Positions 42,020 to 55,696 of a stretch of DNA of 64,000 nucleotides are shown here, one piece after another (the first letter of the stretch is position 1; each line of letters starts with the position of its first letter). The notes under the pieces are model-generated. The model was not told where the DNA came from. It did not search any database and saw nothing but the letters and a program-made list of their open reading frames with translations. Position numbers and translations under genes: made by a program. The DNA comes from Vicugna vicugna (lineage: Eukaryota), in NCBI GenBank assembly GCA_013265495.1, contig MU058423.1:13061-77060 (forward strand), in the 5' to 3' direction.

Positions 42020-42433
42020 AAATTTGAGGTCTTTGGGAAGCAGACTTCAGTGATCAAGATGTTTGATAGAGAACGTCCCTGGTTCAACACCTCTGGAAGG
42101 CAGGAGGAAGCAGGACTGGCAGGGGGAGCTGAGTCACAACACAGGCCTGAGAGCCTCGGCTGATTCCATGGGGAGATCTGGAGCTGAAACAGCCCGTCAG
42201 AGTTGTCCTTTGTGAGGTTAAACAGCAAGCCCTTTATACTCTTGCCTCAACCAGTTACTGAACATCGACCATCCCCAGACAGACATGGCCTTGGACAAAG
42301 TGGCTCTGTGTAGCTGAGGCAACACCTGAAAGGGCTGACTGCTGAATGTTGTCCACTGATGGTACCCTTAGTAGCTGGGGCAAAAGTCCTTCCTTGAAGG
42401 GGTATCTGGGTGGTGCAGCACAGCATTTACCAC
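42020..42433 (-). mobile_element. LTR16-like ERVL LTR
   Basis: gggaagcagact...ggaagcaggactggcagggggagctgag...gggtatctgggtggtgcagcacagcat. Confidence 0.55.
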
Positions 42434-43358
42434 TGATGGTATTTAAAATCCTAAGACTGCGTGAGCTCACCAAGAAAGCAATGCAGTTAGAGAAGGGGTA
42501 CATCGGCAGGGATCTGGGGCAGTTTTAAGGATCAGAGGAATGAGAAGGAAAACAGCAGAAGGTATTAGGAGAAGCAGCTAGTGAAGTAAGAAAAAAGACG
42601 AGTGAGTGTGAGATCCTCGAAGCCAAGTCAAGGAAGTACCACCACCACCGCCGCCACCACCACCACCAAGTACTACCACTATTGCTACCACTACTGCTGC
42701 TGCTAAGACTACTGTCCTTAATACACTTTAATCTTCACAGCACTACGAATTAGATGATATTATCATTATCGCCAGGTTACAATGACAAACTCAAGTCACA
42801 GAGTTTGAAAGTCTTTCTCAAGGTTACACAGCTTTAGTGGTGGTGGAGCTGGGATTTTGAACTTGCGTTTGCTCAAGAGCCCACACTCCTGACTGCCTTA
42901 CCACCTGGACTCCAAAGAACTATATAACATGCTGCCAGCAGGTGAAGTAAAAGGCCAAGAAGCGACCATCAAATTTGGCAACGTGAACTTAGCAAAGGCA
43001 GTTTGGGCAGAATATGGGCGTGAAAGAGTGAAGAGAGTAAATTCAAACATAGTACTATTCACAGGGTATTGAAATTACCCATTTAGTTGTTTATCTCCCT
43101 GAATAAACATACTAGGGAATGGGACTGTGCTTTGTTTGCTTATATGTAGAATCCAGCTCATAGTAGGTGCTAAACAGATAGACACTGAATGAACACAGGT
43201 TTATTTGTTCACTTACTTTTTTATTCAACAACAACAAGATTAATTCCTTTGTCTCCACTCCATCGTGTGTCCTCTTGACAGAATCCAATCCTACAAATGC
43301 TAGTTGAATCACTAATATGTTGAGAGGAGGATATGCAAATCTCTGTGTTTCTGGAGTC

Positions 43359-43398
43359 CGTGTGTGTGCGCGCGCGCGCGCGCATGTGTGCGCGCGTG
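43359..43398. repeat. Alternating purine-pyrimidine (TG)n(CG)n tract
   Basis: cgtgtgtgtgcgcgcgcgcgcgcgcatgtgtgcgcgcgtg read directly. Confidence 0.9.
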
Positions 43399-43984
43399 AG
43401 CAGGCACACGAGTCTGTAGGTGATGAGAGCGTTTGGAGGTGCAGAGATCTTCTCAGCCAGGCCTCTTTGGTAGACGCCATTCCATTTCTTCCAACTTGGG
43501 ACTTGAGAAAGCAGCATGGAAGGCCAGGAGTTAACGTACTGGGTGTATTTCCCCTTTTTCTCAGTCCTCCAATAATAAACTTTAACTTCATTAGAAAAGA
43601 AGCCAAATAATCATGCCTGCTCCTTCACCTCTGGAACGGCTTTCCCCAGGCTGGAGCTGTGGGAAACCACCTTTACTTAGACAGACGTAACTGCTGCTGG
43701 CTGGTGGAAGCTGCACCTCCTTTGAGGCCCCTGCTCTGTGCATGCTGTAGGAGCTGCTTCCTACAAGGGCTGGACAAGGGGCTGAAGGCAGTGGTTCGGC
43801 TCTGCATTTCTCCTTGGATGTTCTCCTTGCCATTTGGCTGCAATGGTTTCCAGTGACTAATGAAGCGACTGGTTAAAGCTTACTTTTCAATCAAAAAATC
43901 AATTCCAGCAAATAGTAAAGAGAGATGGAGGAGGGAGGAACAGTGATCAAACTCATTTAAGTACTAAGTTTCCTCTGCAGAAAA

Positions 43985-44058
43985 TCAAATTGCTTGACAG
44001 AGGTAAGTGGCTCTTCCTTTTAGAATCAAACCAGTTTGGAGTTCTTCCCATACAGTAG
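43985..44058 (-). CDS. Candidate terminal coding exon of an unidentified - strand gene ((A)TVWEELQTGLILKGRATYLCQAI*)
   Basis: Strong minus-strand acceptor catttttctgtttcctggccAG; phase 1 matches the upstream candidate exon; minus-strand AATAAA at 43200-43205 and 43220-43225. Confidence 0.3.
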
Positions 44059-45583
44059 CTGGCCAGGAAACAGAAAAATGGGCCCAGCTTCAGACAGCCG
44101 TACACCAGATGGCAGATGGCACAAGGGGAGACACAGTGGCTTGACAGACTTGGGTTACAACCTGGTTGTGACACTTACTAACTGTTTGACTTTAAGCCAG
44201 TTACTTAACATCCTGAACCTGGGTCCTGACCCATACAATAGAAAGGAGAGACGGCTTAATAACTTACTTTGTAAAATTTGAGTAACGGTTAGAGAAAAAT
44301 GCATATGAACTCTTCGTATGCAACAGGCATGTAGTAAGTACTTATTGTTGTCATGTGTCTCTGGTTTGTGGGCTGAGTGTGAGCACAGACCTATCTGTGA
44401 GTGTGCAGAGCAGAATCTATGACACATGTGGGGGCAGGGTAAGTGCACGGTGCGGGAAGGTGAGCGGGCAGAGTGCGGCTCTGTCAGTGGAGCTCTGAGC
44501 ATCTGTGTGGCCGTGATCTCTCTGTAGGTGAAGAAGCCCACATTCTCCATCCTTCTTGTAGAGTCTCCAGACAGGCTTGGGAGAAAACCTCAGAGGGGAT
44601 TCTTCAAGGGTTGTCTGGGAATTGTGGGGCATGCTGCCCCTTCCCTCATAGCAGCAACAGCCCCCAGGCCCCATTGTCATGCCTCCATCAGTTCCTGGTG
44701 GCTCCTTGAAAAGACTTCAAAGGAGAAACTTAAGACCAGGAAACTTACTTGCCATTCAGATTTTTAAATCTTGATGACATAACCCTAAAGAACATGTCTG
44801 TGAATGATAATTAGTCTCTAGAGAGGAAGAGAGAGAAGAGAAGAGAGACACAGAGCTGTAGACAGCAGAACCAGCAGGGGAAACAGGTGAAGCTGGAAAA
44901 GACAAAGGAGTAAAAATAAAACATCAGTAAGCAGAAGGAGAGATGGAACTGGTGGAGGTGGGGATGTGACAGGCACTGTGATAACGAGGTGTGACTGGTA
45001 GGTAACTGGCCAGGCTCTCCCCCCAACCTTTCCTGCTGGCACCCCTCACCCTCAGTCACTCATGTCTGAACTCCCTATTCCAACATTCTAACAGGAAGCA
45101 CAAGAAACAAGTATTAGTTTAGTACTGGAAATATTAATGCTATCTCATTTAATTCTCATAGTGAGGTAGGTGGGTAGGTAGTGAGGTACTTAGGTACTAT
45201 TATCTCTGTAGGCGAGGAAATGGAGAATCCAAGGGATCACACAGCTGTAGGTACTGGAGTGAGGACTGACATCCCGTCTCCTGGCAACGGGCCAGACTCT
45301 TGCTATCCCTTGGCCTTGAAAGCTTGGTTTGTTGCCATCAAACTGATTCAACCATCATTTTATTCTGATTATCAAAGACAATGCTTGCCAGAAGATATAA
45401 AGAAATAAAGAAGACTAGGCAAAGAAAAGAAAAATTGCTTGAGAAACATAGTGATCTCTCTTTTTCTTTTTTATGTTTACTGTACGACTTTGGTAAGGTG
45501 GGGGAAAAGTTGGAAAAAATTTAATTTTAATAAACCAAATTATCCTTCCTCCCAGCAACTTCCTCTAGTCTCCCCTTCCCTAC

Positions 45584-45706
45584 CTCTCTGGACAGCCTCG
45601 TCACGAATTTCAATCAGAGAGGAATCATGTACTTCCTTGTGCTGGGAAATCTCCCCTAAAATGTCTGGGATCTTTCCTCTCTTCTCACCCAGAGCAGAGG
45701 CATGTC
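45584..45706 (-). CDS. Candidate internal exon, 123 nt ((G)HASALGEKRGKIPDILGEISQHKEVHDSSLIEIRDEAVQR)
   Basis: Acceptor atttttgtgtctcatctacaAG, donor GAG|GTAGGG; only the phase-1 frame is open. Confidence 0.45.
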
Positions 45707-46852
45707 CTTGTAGATGAGACACAAAAATCTCAACAGAGACGCCGGGGAGGAGGGGACTCCCTAGAAAGGGATGGATATTAAGCGCTGCTCTTAGGTACTT
45801 AAATATCACTTGAGGCAGTGGAGGCAGAAGAAAATATGCTGCCAAGCATTGGTCAGGTTGTGACACCCGACAGGATGCTCGGATCTCAGACAAGCTCGAG
45901 CCAAAGAGGAATTTATTAGCTCACGTACTAAAAAAGCCCAGAGGCACCCTCATTTCAGGCAAATCTGGATCAAGGACTCAAAGGATGTCATAACTCACTT
46001 TCTCTCCCTGCCTCATCCATGCTTTCCCCTCTACTGGCTTCATTCTCATACTGGCTGATCCCATGCTGGGGCAAGGTGGCTGCCACCCGTCCTAGACTTC
46101 CATCTTTTTTACTTTCAGATCTAGAGGTAGAGAACTTATTATACTAACAGTCCAGAGAAAGTCCTAAAATTGAGTCTCATTGGCTCTAATTGGTCTAACT
46201 CAAGTCACATGGCCATCCTTAAATCAGTCAGTGCAGTCAAGGAGGTATTTTACCAGTCAGAGATGCCTTTGAGTGCAAACAACAGAGAACTCGATAAAGC
46301 AAAGTGTAGTTCGTGCCCCTCACATAGAAAGGTATGTGGGATAGCGTCACTGCTGATGATTCAGTGGATTGACATTTTTGATAGTTCTTTGGCCTTTTCT
46401 TCACGATTGCAAGATGGCTGCTGCAGTTCCAAAAAATCACATGCTGGTACTAGGCAGGAAAAAAGACGCTATGGGTAGCAAATGTCCCTCTTTGGGGAAG
46501 GCAAATCTTCCCCAAAAGTGCCCAGCAGACTTCTGCTCTCAACTCACTGATCATAACTGGGTCACAAGGCTACTCCTACCCTCAAGGGAGGCTGGGGAGC
46601 CAAGTATTTGCTTGTCTAGACTCTCCAGTTGAGTTAGACTGGGAAGAAGGGGTTTGAGAATGAGCATTAGGTTGGCCAATTAATGAATCTGCCCTAAATG
46701 TAATGCTCTGATTGGCCAGGCCTGGTTTACAAGTCCACTTCTGGAACTGGGGTGGACTCTTCTCTCCCAGGACCAACGGACTGAGCATGACAGAGGAAGA
46801 CTGGGTGCTATAAGCATAAAAGGAGGAATGGATAACCAGTCAGGCAAGAATT

Positions 46853-47022
46853 GGGGGGTATAGCTCAAGTGGTAGAGCGCATGCTTAGCAAGCATTACTA
46901 GGTCCTGGGTTCAATCCCCACTACCTCCATCCAAAAAACAAAAGACAAACTAATAATAAGTAAATAAACAGACCTAATGATCTCCCCCCACCAAAAAAAA
47001 ATTTAAAAAATTAAAAACGAAA
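46853..47022 (+). mobile_element. tRNA-derived SINE (Vic-1-like, camelid)
   Basis: ggggggtatagctcaagtggtagagcgcatgcttagc...gggttcaatcccc, A-rich tail; TSD aaccagtcaggcaagaat 46834-46851 / aactagtcaggcaagact 47023-47040. Confidence 0.9.
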
Positions 47023-48699
47023 AACTAGTCAGGCAAGACTAAAAGCTATCCATTACATATGTTTAAGGCCAGCTTGTGATCTGGCCTCCTCAGAAGTACA
47101 CAGGATCTATCACCAGCCCTAAGAAAGCAGAAGTTACCAGTGTTTACCTCAGCATTATCTTAGGTAACGTTTCAGGTTCCTTTCAATTCTGAAAGGTGAG
47201 GTAATAATAGCTACAGCTGCATGAACACCTCCAATTTATTTGGTAACAGTTCACTTAAAAACTTCCTTTTTCTCTTTTCCTTTCCCCACTCAGAGCATGT
47301 TGCTATGTCAAGCACTACCCATTTTGTTTAGGAGGCTGTATTCAGATCAAGTAACTTATGCTGAGAATTAGTGTTAGATGCTTCTGCACAGATTATTTCA
47401 TGAAGTGCTTACCACAGCAACCCATTTCCTGATGAGAAAATTGAGGTTAGACGACTTGTTCAAAGCCAAGTGACCCATATGTTCCAAGTTAAGTGTCTCC
47501 TTACTCCAAGAATACCCCACCACAACTGCAGCCCGACCTCCTCAGGGCTGCCTGGGCCCATTCCAGTGGAATCAGGTCACTGAGGCAGTTTTTGAGTATT
47601 CCAGAAACTTTCTTTCCCTCCTTGTAAAAGTGATTGAAGTACCGATTACTGCTGGACTGAAGGCCCTGAGCCTCTCCCAGGGGCAATCCTCACCTTAATT
47701 TAAGTGTGGTTATTTAGGATGCCTTGCATGGGTTTTGTGACTTTTTCCAGCTGGATTCTCCAAGGAGTTCCAACTAGCCTAGTGCCCTGAAGCAAAACAA
47801 GCACTGGCCCCCCCAGCTTCTGACAATCCTCAGGGTGGTGGTGCCCTCCATAATGTGCAAAGAAACAGAACTGCTTCCTGCCACCACAGCAGACAGCACA
47901 GAGCAGGGTGTTCCCAGGGAGAGATCAGAAAGACTAATGTGTCAAGCCTGCTGGGCCTGGCTGCCAGAGGCCTCCTCTGATTCCTGAGTGTGGCATTCCA
48001 GGGTGGGGGTAGGAGTGCATTTTCCTAATTCCTTCCTTGGCAGAAACTCAGCTCTCTGAATAGAGCTGCTTCTGCCACTGCTGTGCACATAATATAAACT
48101 TCTTTTTAATGTATGTGTGGTTGACTAGGTAGATGGTAGCTCCTTTCTAAAAATCCAGATTGTAAAATTGTACAGATGAGTAGATAATACAGTACACTCA
48201 ATCAATGTATAATGCTCATCTCTTTGGGAGAAATTTTCTTCACGTTGCAATGATCAGTTGTACAATAACCAGCAAACACTTACAGACACTTTTAGTATTT
48301 ATTGTTAGTTGGGGAAGTTATGCTCAACTATTACATATATGAAAAAAATCTGAACTCTTATTACACACTATTTTGATTCCAATTTAAAATGAAAAATGTC
48401 TAACATACTTTCTTCCAGCTTTAGAATTAAAGTCTTTGAAGAGTGACCTAAATTACAACCTGAGTTATTTTTTAAACCTGCTACTGTTTGTGACTACTTA
48501 TTTTGATCAATCATCAATCATTTTAATACTGTGCAAGCAAAATAAAATGGAGAAATAAATTACTATGCAATATTCCAATTTCAAAATTATCTATTTATAA
48601 TGATCAAAAGTTTACCCTGGTAAAGTCACTGACCTTAATAAGTTAATATTACAAATCATATGTATAAAATATATTCATTTAAGTTTTCCTGAAAAGAAA

Positions 48700-51260
48700 A
48701 ATACTATCAACAAATATTGAGCTCTAGTTAGTGACATGTATGCCGAACTACTGAGAGAGGTTTACTGACGTTTGCAATTTCCTTTGAAAGATATATGCAC
48801 ACTGATGTTCACTGCAGCAGTACTTACAATAGCCAAGAAATGGAAACAACACAAGTGTCCATCAACAGATGAATGAACAAGATGTGGTATGTATACACAA
48901 TGGAATATTACTCAGCCATAAAGAAATGAAATCTTGCCATTTGCAACAACATGGATGATATAGGGGGTAACATATTAAGTGAAATAAGCCAGACAGACAA
49001 AGACAAATACTGTATGTTATCAGTTATATGTGAAATCTGAAAAATAAAACAAATGAATAAATATAAGAAAAGAGAAACAGAATCACATATACAGAGGTCA
49101 AACTAGTGGTTACCACTCGGGAGAGGGAAGTGGGTAGGGGAGGAAGAGGGGTAGGGAATCAAGAAGTACAAACTACTATGTACAAAATAAATAAGCTACA
49201 AGGATATATTGTATAGCACAAGGAATATAGCCAATATTTTATAATAACCTTAAATGGAGTATAATCTACAAAAATATTGGATCACTATGTTGTACACCTG
49301 AAACTAATATAATATTGTACATCAACTATATTTCAATTAAAAAAGAATGCATATGATGTCAAATAGACACATGAAAAGGTACTAAACATCATCAGTCATC
49401 AAAAAAATGTAAATTAAAACCACAATTAGGGACCATTTCCTATGCATCAGAATGGCCACAGTAAAAAGACTCTAACAATGTCAGATGGTAGCGAGAATAT
49501 GGAACAACTTGACCTGTCATACATTGCTGGTAAAACAGTACAACACTTTGTAGAACTTAGTTGTTTCTAATAAATTTAAATATACCTTTACCCTACGACC
49601 TAATAATTCTACTTTGAGGTATCTACCAAAGAGAACTAAAAGCATGTATCTACACAAATAGTCACAGCAGTGTTTATTATAAAGGTCCCAAATTGGAAAT
49701 AAATTAAAAGTACAAGAACAGAAGAATATGTTTAAAAAATTGTGGTGTGAAAGAAATAATTGATAAGCTTTACTTCAATAAAATTAAAAACTTGGCCCTG
49801 CAAAAAGCAATCATATCAAGAGAATTAGAAGACAACCACAGACTGGGAGAAAATATTTGCAAAAGACACAACTGACAAAGGACACAAAGAACTCCGAAAA
49901 TTGAATAATAAGAAAATAACCTGATTTAAAAATAAGCCAAAGACCTTAACACCAAAGAAGATATACAAGTAGCAAATAACCATATAAAAAGATGCTCCAT
50001 ATCATATATTATCAGGGAAATGCAAATTAAAACAATAATAAGATACTACTGCACACCTATTAGATCAGCCAAAACCCAGAACTGTGGAGCAACAGGAACT
50101 CTTATTCATTGCTGGTGGGAATGCAAAATAGTACAGCCACTTTGGAAGACAGCTTGGTCCTTCCTTACAAAAGTAAACATACTCATACCACACAATCAGG
50201 CAATTGTGCTCCTTGGTATTTACCAAAAGGAGTTAAAAACTTATATCCATCTAAGAATAAGGTTTAGAGCAGCTTTATTCATAACTGCTAAAGCTTGAAA
50301 GCAACCAAAATGTCCTACACTTGGTGTGTGGATATGTAAACAGTGGTACATCCAGACAATGGAATATTACTCAGCACTAAAAAGAAATGAGCTATCAAGC
50401 CATGAAAAGACATGGAAGAATTTTAAATGCATATTACTAAGTGAAAGAAGCCAATCTGAAAAGGCTATATATCATATGATTCCAATTATATGACATCATG
50501 GAAAAGGCAAAAATATGGAGACACTGGAAAGATCAATGGTTGCCAGGGATTGGAGGGTGGGGGTTGGAGAAGATGAAGAGAACACAGAAGATTTTTTAGA
50601 GCAGTGAAAATATTGTGTATGATAGTATAAAAAGATGGAAACATGTTGTCCAAAACCACAGATTGTACAACACCAGGAATAAATCTTTAGGTAAACTATG
50701 AACTTTGGGTGGTTATGATGTGTCAGTGTAAGCTCATCCTTGGTAAAAAAAAAGGTACCACTCTGGTGAGTGACGTTGATAATGGGGAAGGCTATGCATG
50801 TGTAGGGGCAGCGGAGATATCGAAAACCTCTTTACCTTCCTCTAAGTTTTCCTGTAAACCTAAAACTGCATTAAAAATTAAAGTCTTGAAAAAATTTGTG
50901 GTGCATTCATATAATGAAATACTACTCAGCAGTTAAAAGGAACATGCTACTGAAGTTATCAACAACATGGATAAATCTTAGAAATATGCTGAGTAAAAGG
51001 AATCAGGCATAGAACAGTATATTACAATAGGATTTCATATATATGAAGTCCAGGACCAGGCTAAACAAATCTATGAGGACAGAAATTAGAAACATGTTTC
51101 CTTGGGAAGAGAGGGAACAGACTGGAATGGGCAGGAAGAAACCTCCTGGGGTGATAGCGTGGTCTAGATCTTTTTTTTTTCAGATGGTGGTTGCAGAGGA
51201 ATATTGTCAAAACTCATTATATTGATTGCTTTAAGAGCTATATATGTAATTGTACCTTTA
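48700..51260 (+). mobile_element. Cluster of nested older L1 3'-end fragments
   Basis: Multiple L1 3'UTR and ORF2 C-terminal signatures (e.g. HCWWECKIVQPLWK, 50020-50298). Confidence 0.8.
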
Positions 51261-52059
51261 ATGCCTGTTTAAGATGGGGAGGGGAGCAAGAGGCTGGAGG
51301 AGAAAATGTGTGATTGCTGTGCTCCAGCAGCTCCTGCCCTCAGCCCCATCTCCACCTCTTCTCTGGTAGCTGCCTAGGTTTGGGGGTGTTTTGCTTATTT
51401 GCTTTAAATTTGGGGGTAGATGAGAAAGAAGACAAATGCATGTGTTTTTACTGGATGTGGAGCCTGGCCATGGGAGTACACGTTTGGGTGACTGATGATC
51501 CCCGTGGAAGTGTTGTTTGAAATGGTGTGTGTTACTGACATCTGCCAATGAGTGTTTGGAGGAATCTGGTGATAAGGGTAGGGCTAATGCAATCTTCTCC
51601 TAGAAAAACAAATTTTAATTGCTCTAAAAGTTTTTCCAAGCAATTTTTAGAGTTGGAATAGCATATGTATGTTCAGACCCATCCTCATACCTTTAATATG
51701 AAAAATGTAGTTACTCAATGAATGTGATTTTCTAATTTCTTACTTACACAATGTGACAGTCTCTTCAAATCAACAATGATTTGCTTTTGATGAAATAATC
51801 ACTACTTTTTAGAGCACCCAGATAATGAAAAGATTAAGCCTCGTTTCATTTCGTTTCACACATTTCATTTCATTAGCTACTCTACATGACTTCTATTCCT
51901 CGGCTCTCAATCATATTCCTCTTTTAAAACAAGATGGGAGTGTAAATTAGATTCATCATCCTGTTTCTTTCAGCTGTATTTTACCATTAAAAAAAATTTT
52001 AAATTTTGCCAAAATAAGCATTGGTTTGAAGATATTTTCTCATGAAACATCCAAATTAC

Positions 52060-52141
52060 CTTTTTTTTTTCCTTCAGAAGCTTCATGACAAGCTGATTTC
52101 TCATCTCTTTTCTTCATTCTATCCTCTTCAGATAGTAAAAC
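52060..52141 (-). CDS. Candidate exon, 82 nt (phase 0: VLLSEEDRMKKRDEKSACHEASEGKKK)
   Basis: Strong acceptor ttttttgttgttattgttgttgcAG, donor AAG|GTAATT; purine-rich; ends in phase 1, compatible with 45584-45706. Confidence 0.5.
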
Positions 52142-52629
52142 CTGCAACAACAATAACAACAAAAAACAACCATATAAACCTTAAAATTTTAGTCAAACTT
52201 GCATGGGCCCAAAGTCAAAGAATATAAAATACTCAAAGGTTATCTTTTTGGCCCTGTGTCATTCCTGTTTTTCCACAATATATCACAACTTGTTAGGCAT
52301 AGCCATAAGCAGTTCATTTTCAGATTATTTACCCAAAACAGCAAAATGACACAGTGCTCTAACATGTCTTAGAAAGGAAAGAAAGCTCTGCAATTAAGTA
52401 AGTTTCAGTTAATACATTTACGTATTTTGGACTACAGTGATAAAATTTATAATCATGACCAATGTGTAACATTTCAGTGCCTGACAAAATGCCAGTAGTA
52501 TCCTAATGGATTAAATTATATACAGAAAACTTTGCTAATTTGAAGTATATGAAAGGGGATGCAAGGAAAGAATTTTATGTGAGCTCATTTATCTTTATTA
52601 AATAATAATAAGGAATCCGTCAATTTTAC

Positions 52630-52800
52630 CAGAAGAGGAGGAAGATGAGGAGGAAAAGAAGAGAAAGACAGGAAGGGGAAGAGGAGGAGAGAGGAGGGGA
52701 AGAGGAGATAGGAAGGGAAGAGGCAGAGGGAGAGAAGGACAGGTAGGAGGAAGAAGGGAAGGAGGAAGAAGGGAAGGCGGAAGAGGGAGAAAATGGGGAA
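52630..52800. repeat. GA-rich low-complexity tract
   Basis: Direct read. Confidence 0.85.
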
Positions 52801-52859
52801 TGAAAAGAATTAGAGATAAAGTGACAAACAGAGAAGATCCAAAATAAAAACTCTGAAAG

Positions 52860-55677
52860 GAAATTTTAAGTGCGGGGATTAGGTGAAGGTACAGATGGTA
52901 TAAGAAGTTAGGTGATGGATAACCTGGGAGTTTATCATACTATTCTATTTACTTTGTATGTGTTTGAAATATTCCATAATAAAAGATTTTTCAAAAAAGA
53001 AATCAAACAATGTAATTTACCATAATAACAGAATTAAGGAGACAAAGCATGTAATTATCTCAGTAAATACACAGATTGCATTTCATAAAATTTAACGCTT
53101 GTTCATGATAAAAAAAACTCTCTCAGCAAACTAAAATTTGAAAGGAAATTCACTGATCTGATAAGGCTGTATATAAAATCTTATAGCAGACATCAAATAT
53201 AACGGTGAAATATTTAACACTTTCCTCTAAAGTTGAAACAAAGCAAAGATGCCCATTCTAATCTCTACTATTTACCACTGTACTGGTGGTCTTACCCAGT
53301 ACAGTAAGGCAAGAAAAAGGAAAGGGGATAAAAATTGTAAGAAAAAAGTAAAACTTTCTTTTTTGCAGGTAACATGATTGTGTACATAGAAAATCCAAGA
53401 AAATCTACAAATAAATTACCAGAAATAGTAAGTGAATCTGGTAAGGTTACAATATGTGAATTCAATATGCAAAATAAAATTTATTTCTACTAGCAATGAA
53501 CAATTCAAAAATTAAAATAAAACTATACTATTTTATAATAACTATTTTAAAATACTAATTTTAATAAAACTGTGCAAAACTTCTATATTAAAACAAGACA
53601 TTGCTGAAAGAGACTAAAGGAGACCTAAACAGAGGAAGAAATATACCACATTCATGAATTAAAAGACTTAAATGTTAAGATGACAGTTCTCACCAATTGT
53701 CCTATAGAGTCAATGTAAGCCCAATTAAAACCCCCAGAGGGCTTCTTTGTTATTGAAATTGACAACTTACTTTAAAATCTATATGGAAATGTATGGGACT
53801 CAGAATAGCTAAAACAATCCTAAAGAATGTGGCAAAGCTCTAGGGCAAACTTGACCTAATTTCAAGACTTACTAAAATAAAAAGCTACAGTAATGAAAGA
53901 CAAGGTAGTAGTGGCATTAGAATGGACAAACAGATCAGTGCGACAGACCAGAGTCCAAAAATAGACCTCCACATGCATACCATACATTTATTTTAACCAA
54001 ATAACCAAAGGAATTCAGTGAAGGGAAGAAAAAGTCTTCCAATAAAAAGTGCTGGAACAACTGGATATCTGTGGGAGAAAAAAACTGAACACCAACTATC
54101 CCTCAACTTCACTGCATATTATACAAAAATTAATTTGAGACACATCATAGGCCTAAATGTGAAAGCTAAAATTCTAAATCTTTCAGAAGAAAACAGGTAA
54201 ATATCTTGGTAGCCTGGGGGCAGAGGAATGAGACGTCAGGAAAATTTTTTCATATAGGACACAAAAAGCACTAACTGTAAAAACAAAAACAAAACAGTGG
54301 ATATGGGACGTCACCAAAATTTAAAACTCAGCAATAAAAAAGTATCAACTGAATACATACAACAGTAACACAGAGGAGACTCAGATATAATGTTCAGTGA
54401 AAGAAGCCAGACACAAGCAGTGCATATTATACAATGTGTTTATAAATTTCAAGAACATAGAAAACTAATGTATACTGACAGAAATAAAAATAGTCATTGC
54501 ATTGGGCAAAGAGGAATGGGGGAATAACTGCAAAGCATGCCAAGGGAATTATCTTGGGCAACAAAAATGAGTTAAAACTTTCCCTGGATGAAAGTTACAG
54601 GGATGTATAAATTTGTCAAACTACATTCAGCTATACATTAAAGATCCTATGTAAAGTATACTTCAATAGAGTACATTTAAAAATAAATCGTTTTGCAAGT
54701 AATATATCTGGTAAAAAGGATTTGTATCCAGAATATATAGAGAACTCATCCAACTCAAAAATAAAAAGACAATCCCATTCAAAAATGGGCAAAGGATCTG
54801 TAGTACATTTCTCAAAGCCAACAAACACATAAAAAGATTCCAAGAAACACATAAAAAAATGCTCAATATCACTAGTCATTAGAGAAATGGAAATCAAAAC
54901 CACAATGAGATATCACCTCACACTAATTAAATGGCTATTATCAAAAAAAACCCAGAAAATGACAAGTGTTGGTGAGGATGTAGAAGAATTGGAACGCTTC
55001 AGCACTGTTGATGCAGCCACTATGGAAAACAGTATGACACTTTCTCAAAAAATTAAAAGTAGATTTATATATGATGCAGCAACTCCATTTCTGGGCACAT
55101 ACCAGAATAACTGAAAAGAGAGTCTTGAAGAAATATTTGTATGTCCATGTTCACAGCAGTGTTATTCACAAAGCCAAACAGCAGAGGCAACTCAAGGGTC
55201 CATCGACAAGTGAATGGACAAACAAAATGTGGTGTATATACCATGGAATATTAGTCAACCTTAAAAAGAAAGGAAATTCTGATACATGCCACAACATGGA
55301 TGAACTTTAAGGACATTATGCTAAGTGAAATAAGCCAGTCACAAAAAGACAAATACCACAGGATTCCATTAATACAAGTAACTAGAGTCATCAAATTCAT
55401 AGACAGAAAACAGAACGGTGGTTGAAGGGAGGGGAGAATGGGCATAGTTTCAGTTTTGCAAGGTGGAGTTTTGGAAATTGGTTGCACCACAATGTGAATA
55501 TACTTAACACTAATGAACTATATCATTAAAAATCATTACAAAGGTAAATTTTATGTTTTATGTATTTTACCACAACTAAAAACAAAAATTGAAAAAGAGG
55601 GGAAAAACCTGTTTCAACATTTTAAGACAAACCACATGAGATACTACTTTATACTCACCAATGGCAATAATAATAAT
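52860..55677 (+). mobile_element. Old L1 (ORF2 RT to 3' end) fragments, nested
   Basis: Degenerate L1 ORF2 and 3'UTR signatures. Confidence 0.75.
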
Positions 55678-55696
55678 AAAAATAACAAGCGTTGGA

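Noticed and set aside
43675..43875. Minus-strand open frame RFISHWKPLQPNGKENIQGEMQ...LSK* as a terminal exon
   Set aside because: Weak acceptor and phase 2, incompatible with the upstream candidate exons; more likely 3'UTR, though not excluded
46853..46926. tRNA-Ala-like gene
   Set aside because: Followed by SINE body, A-rich tail and TSD; anticodon/variable region disrupted; it is a SINE head
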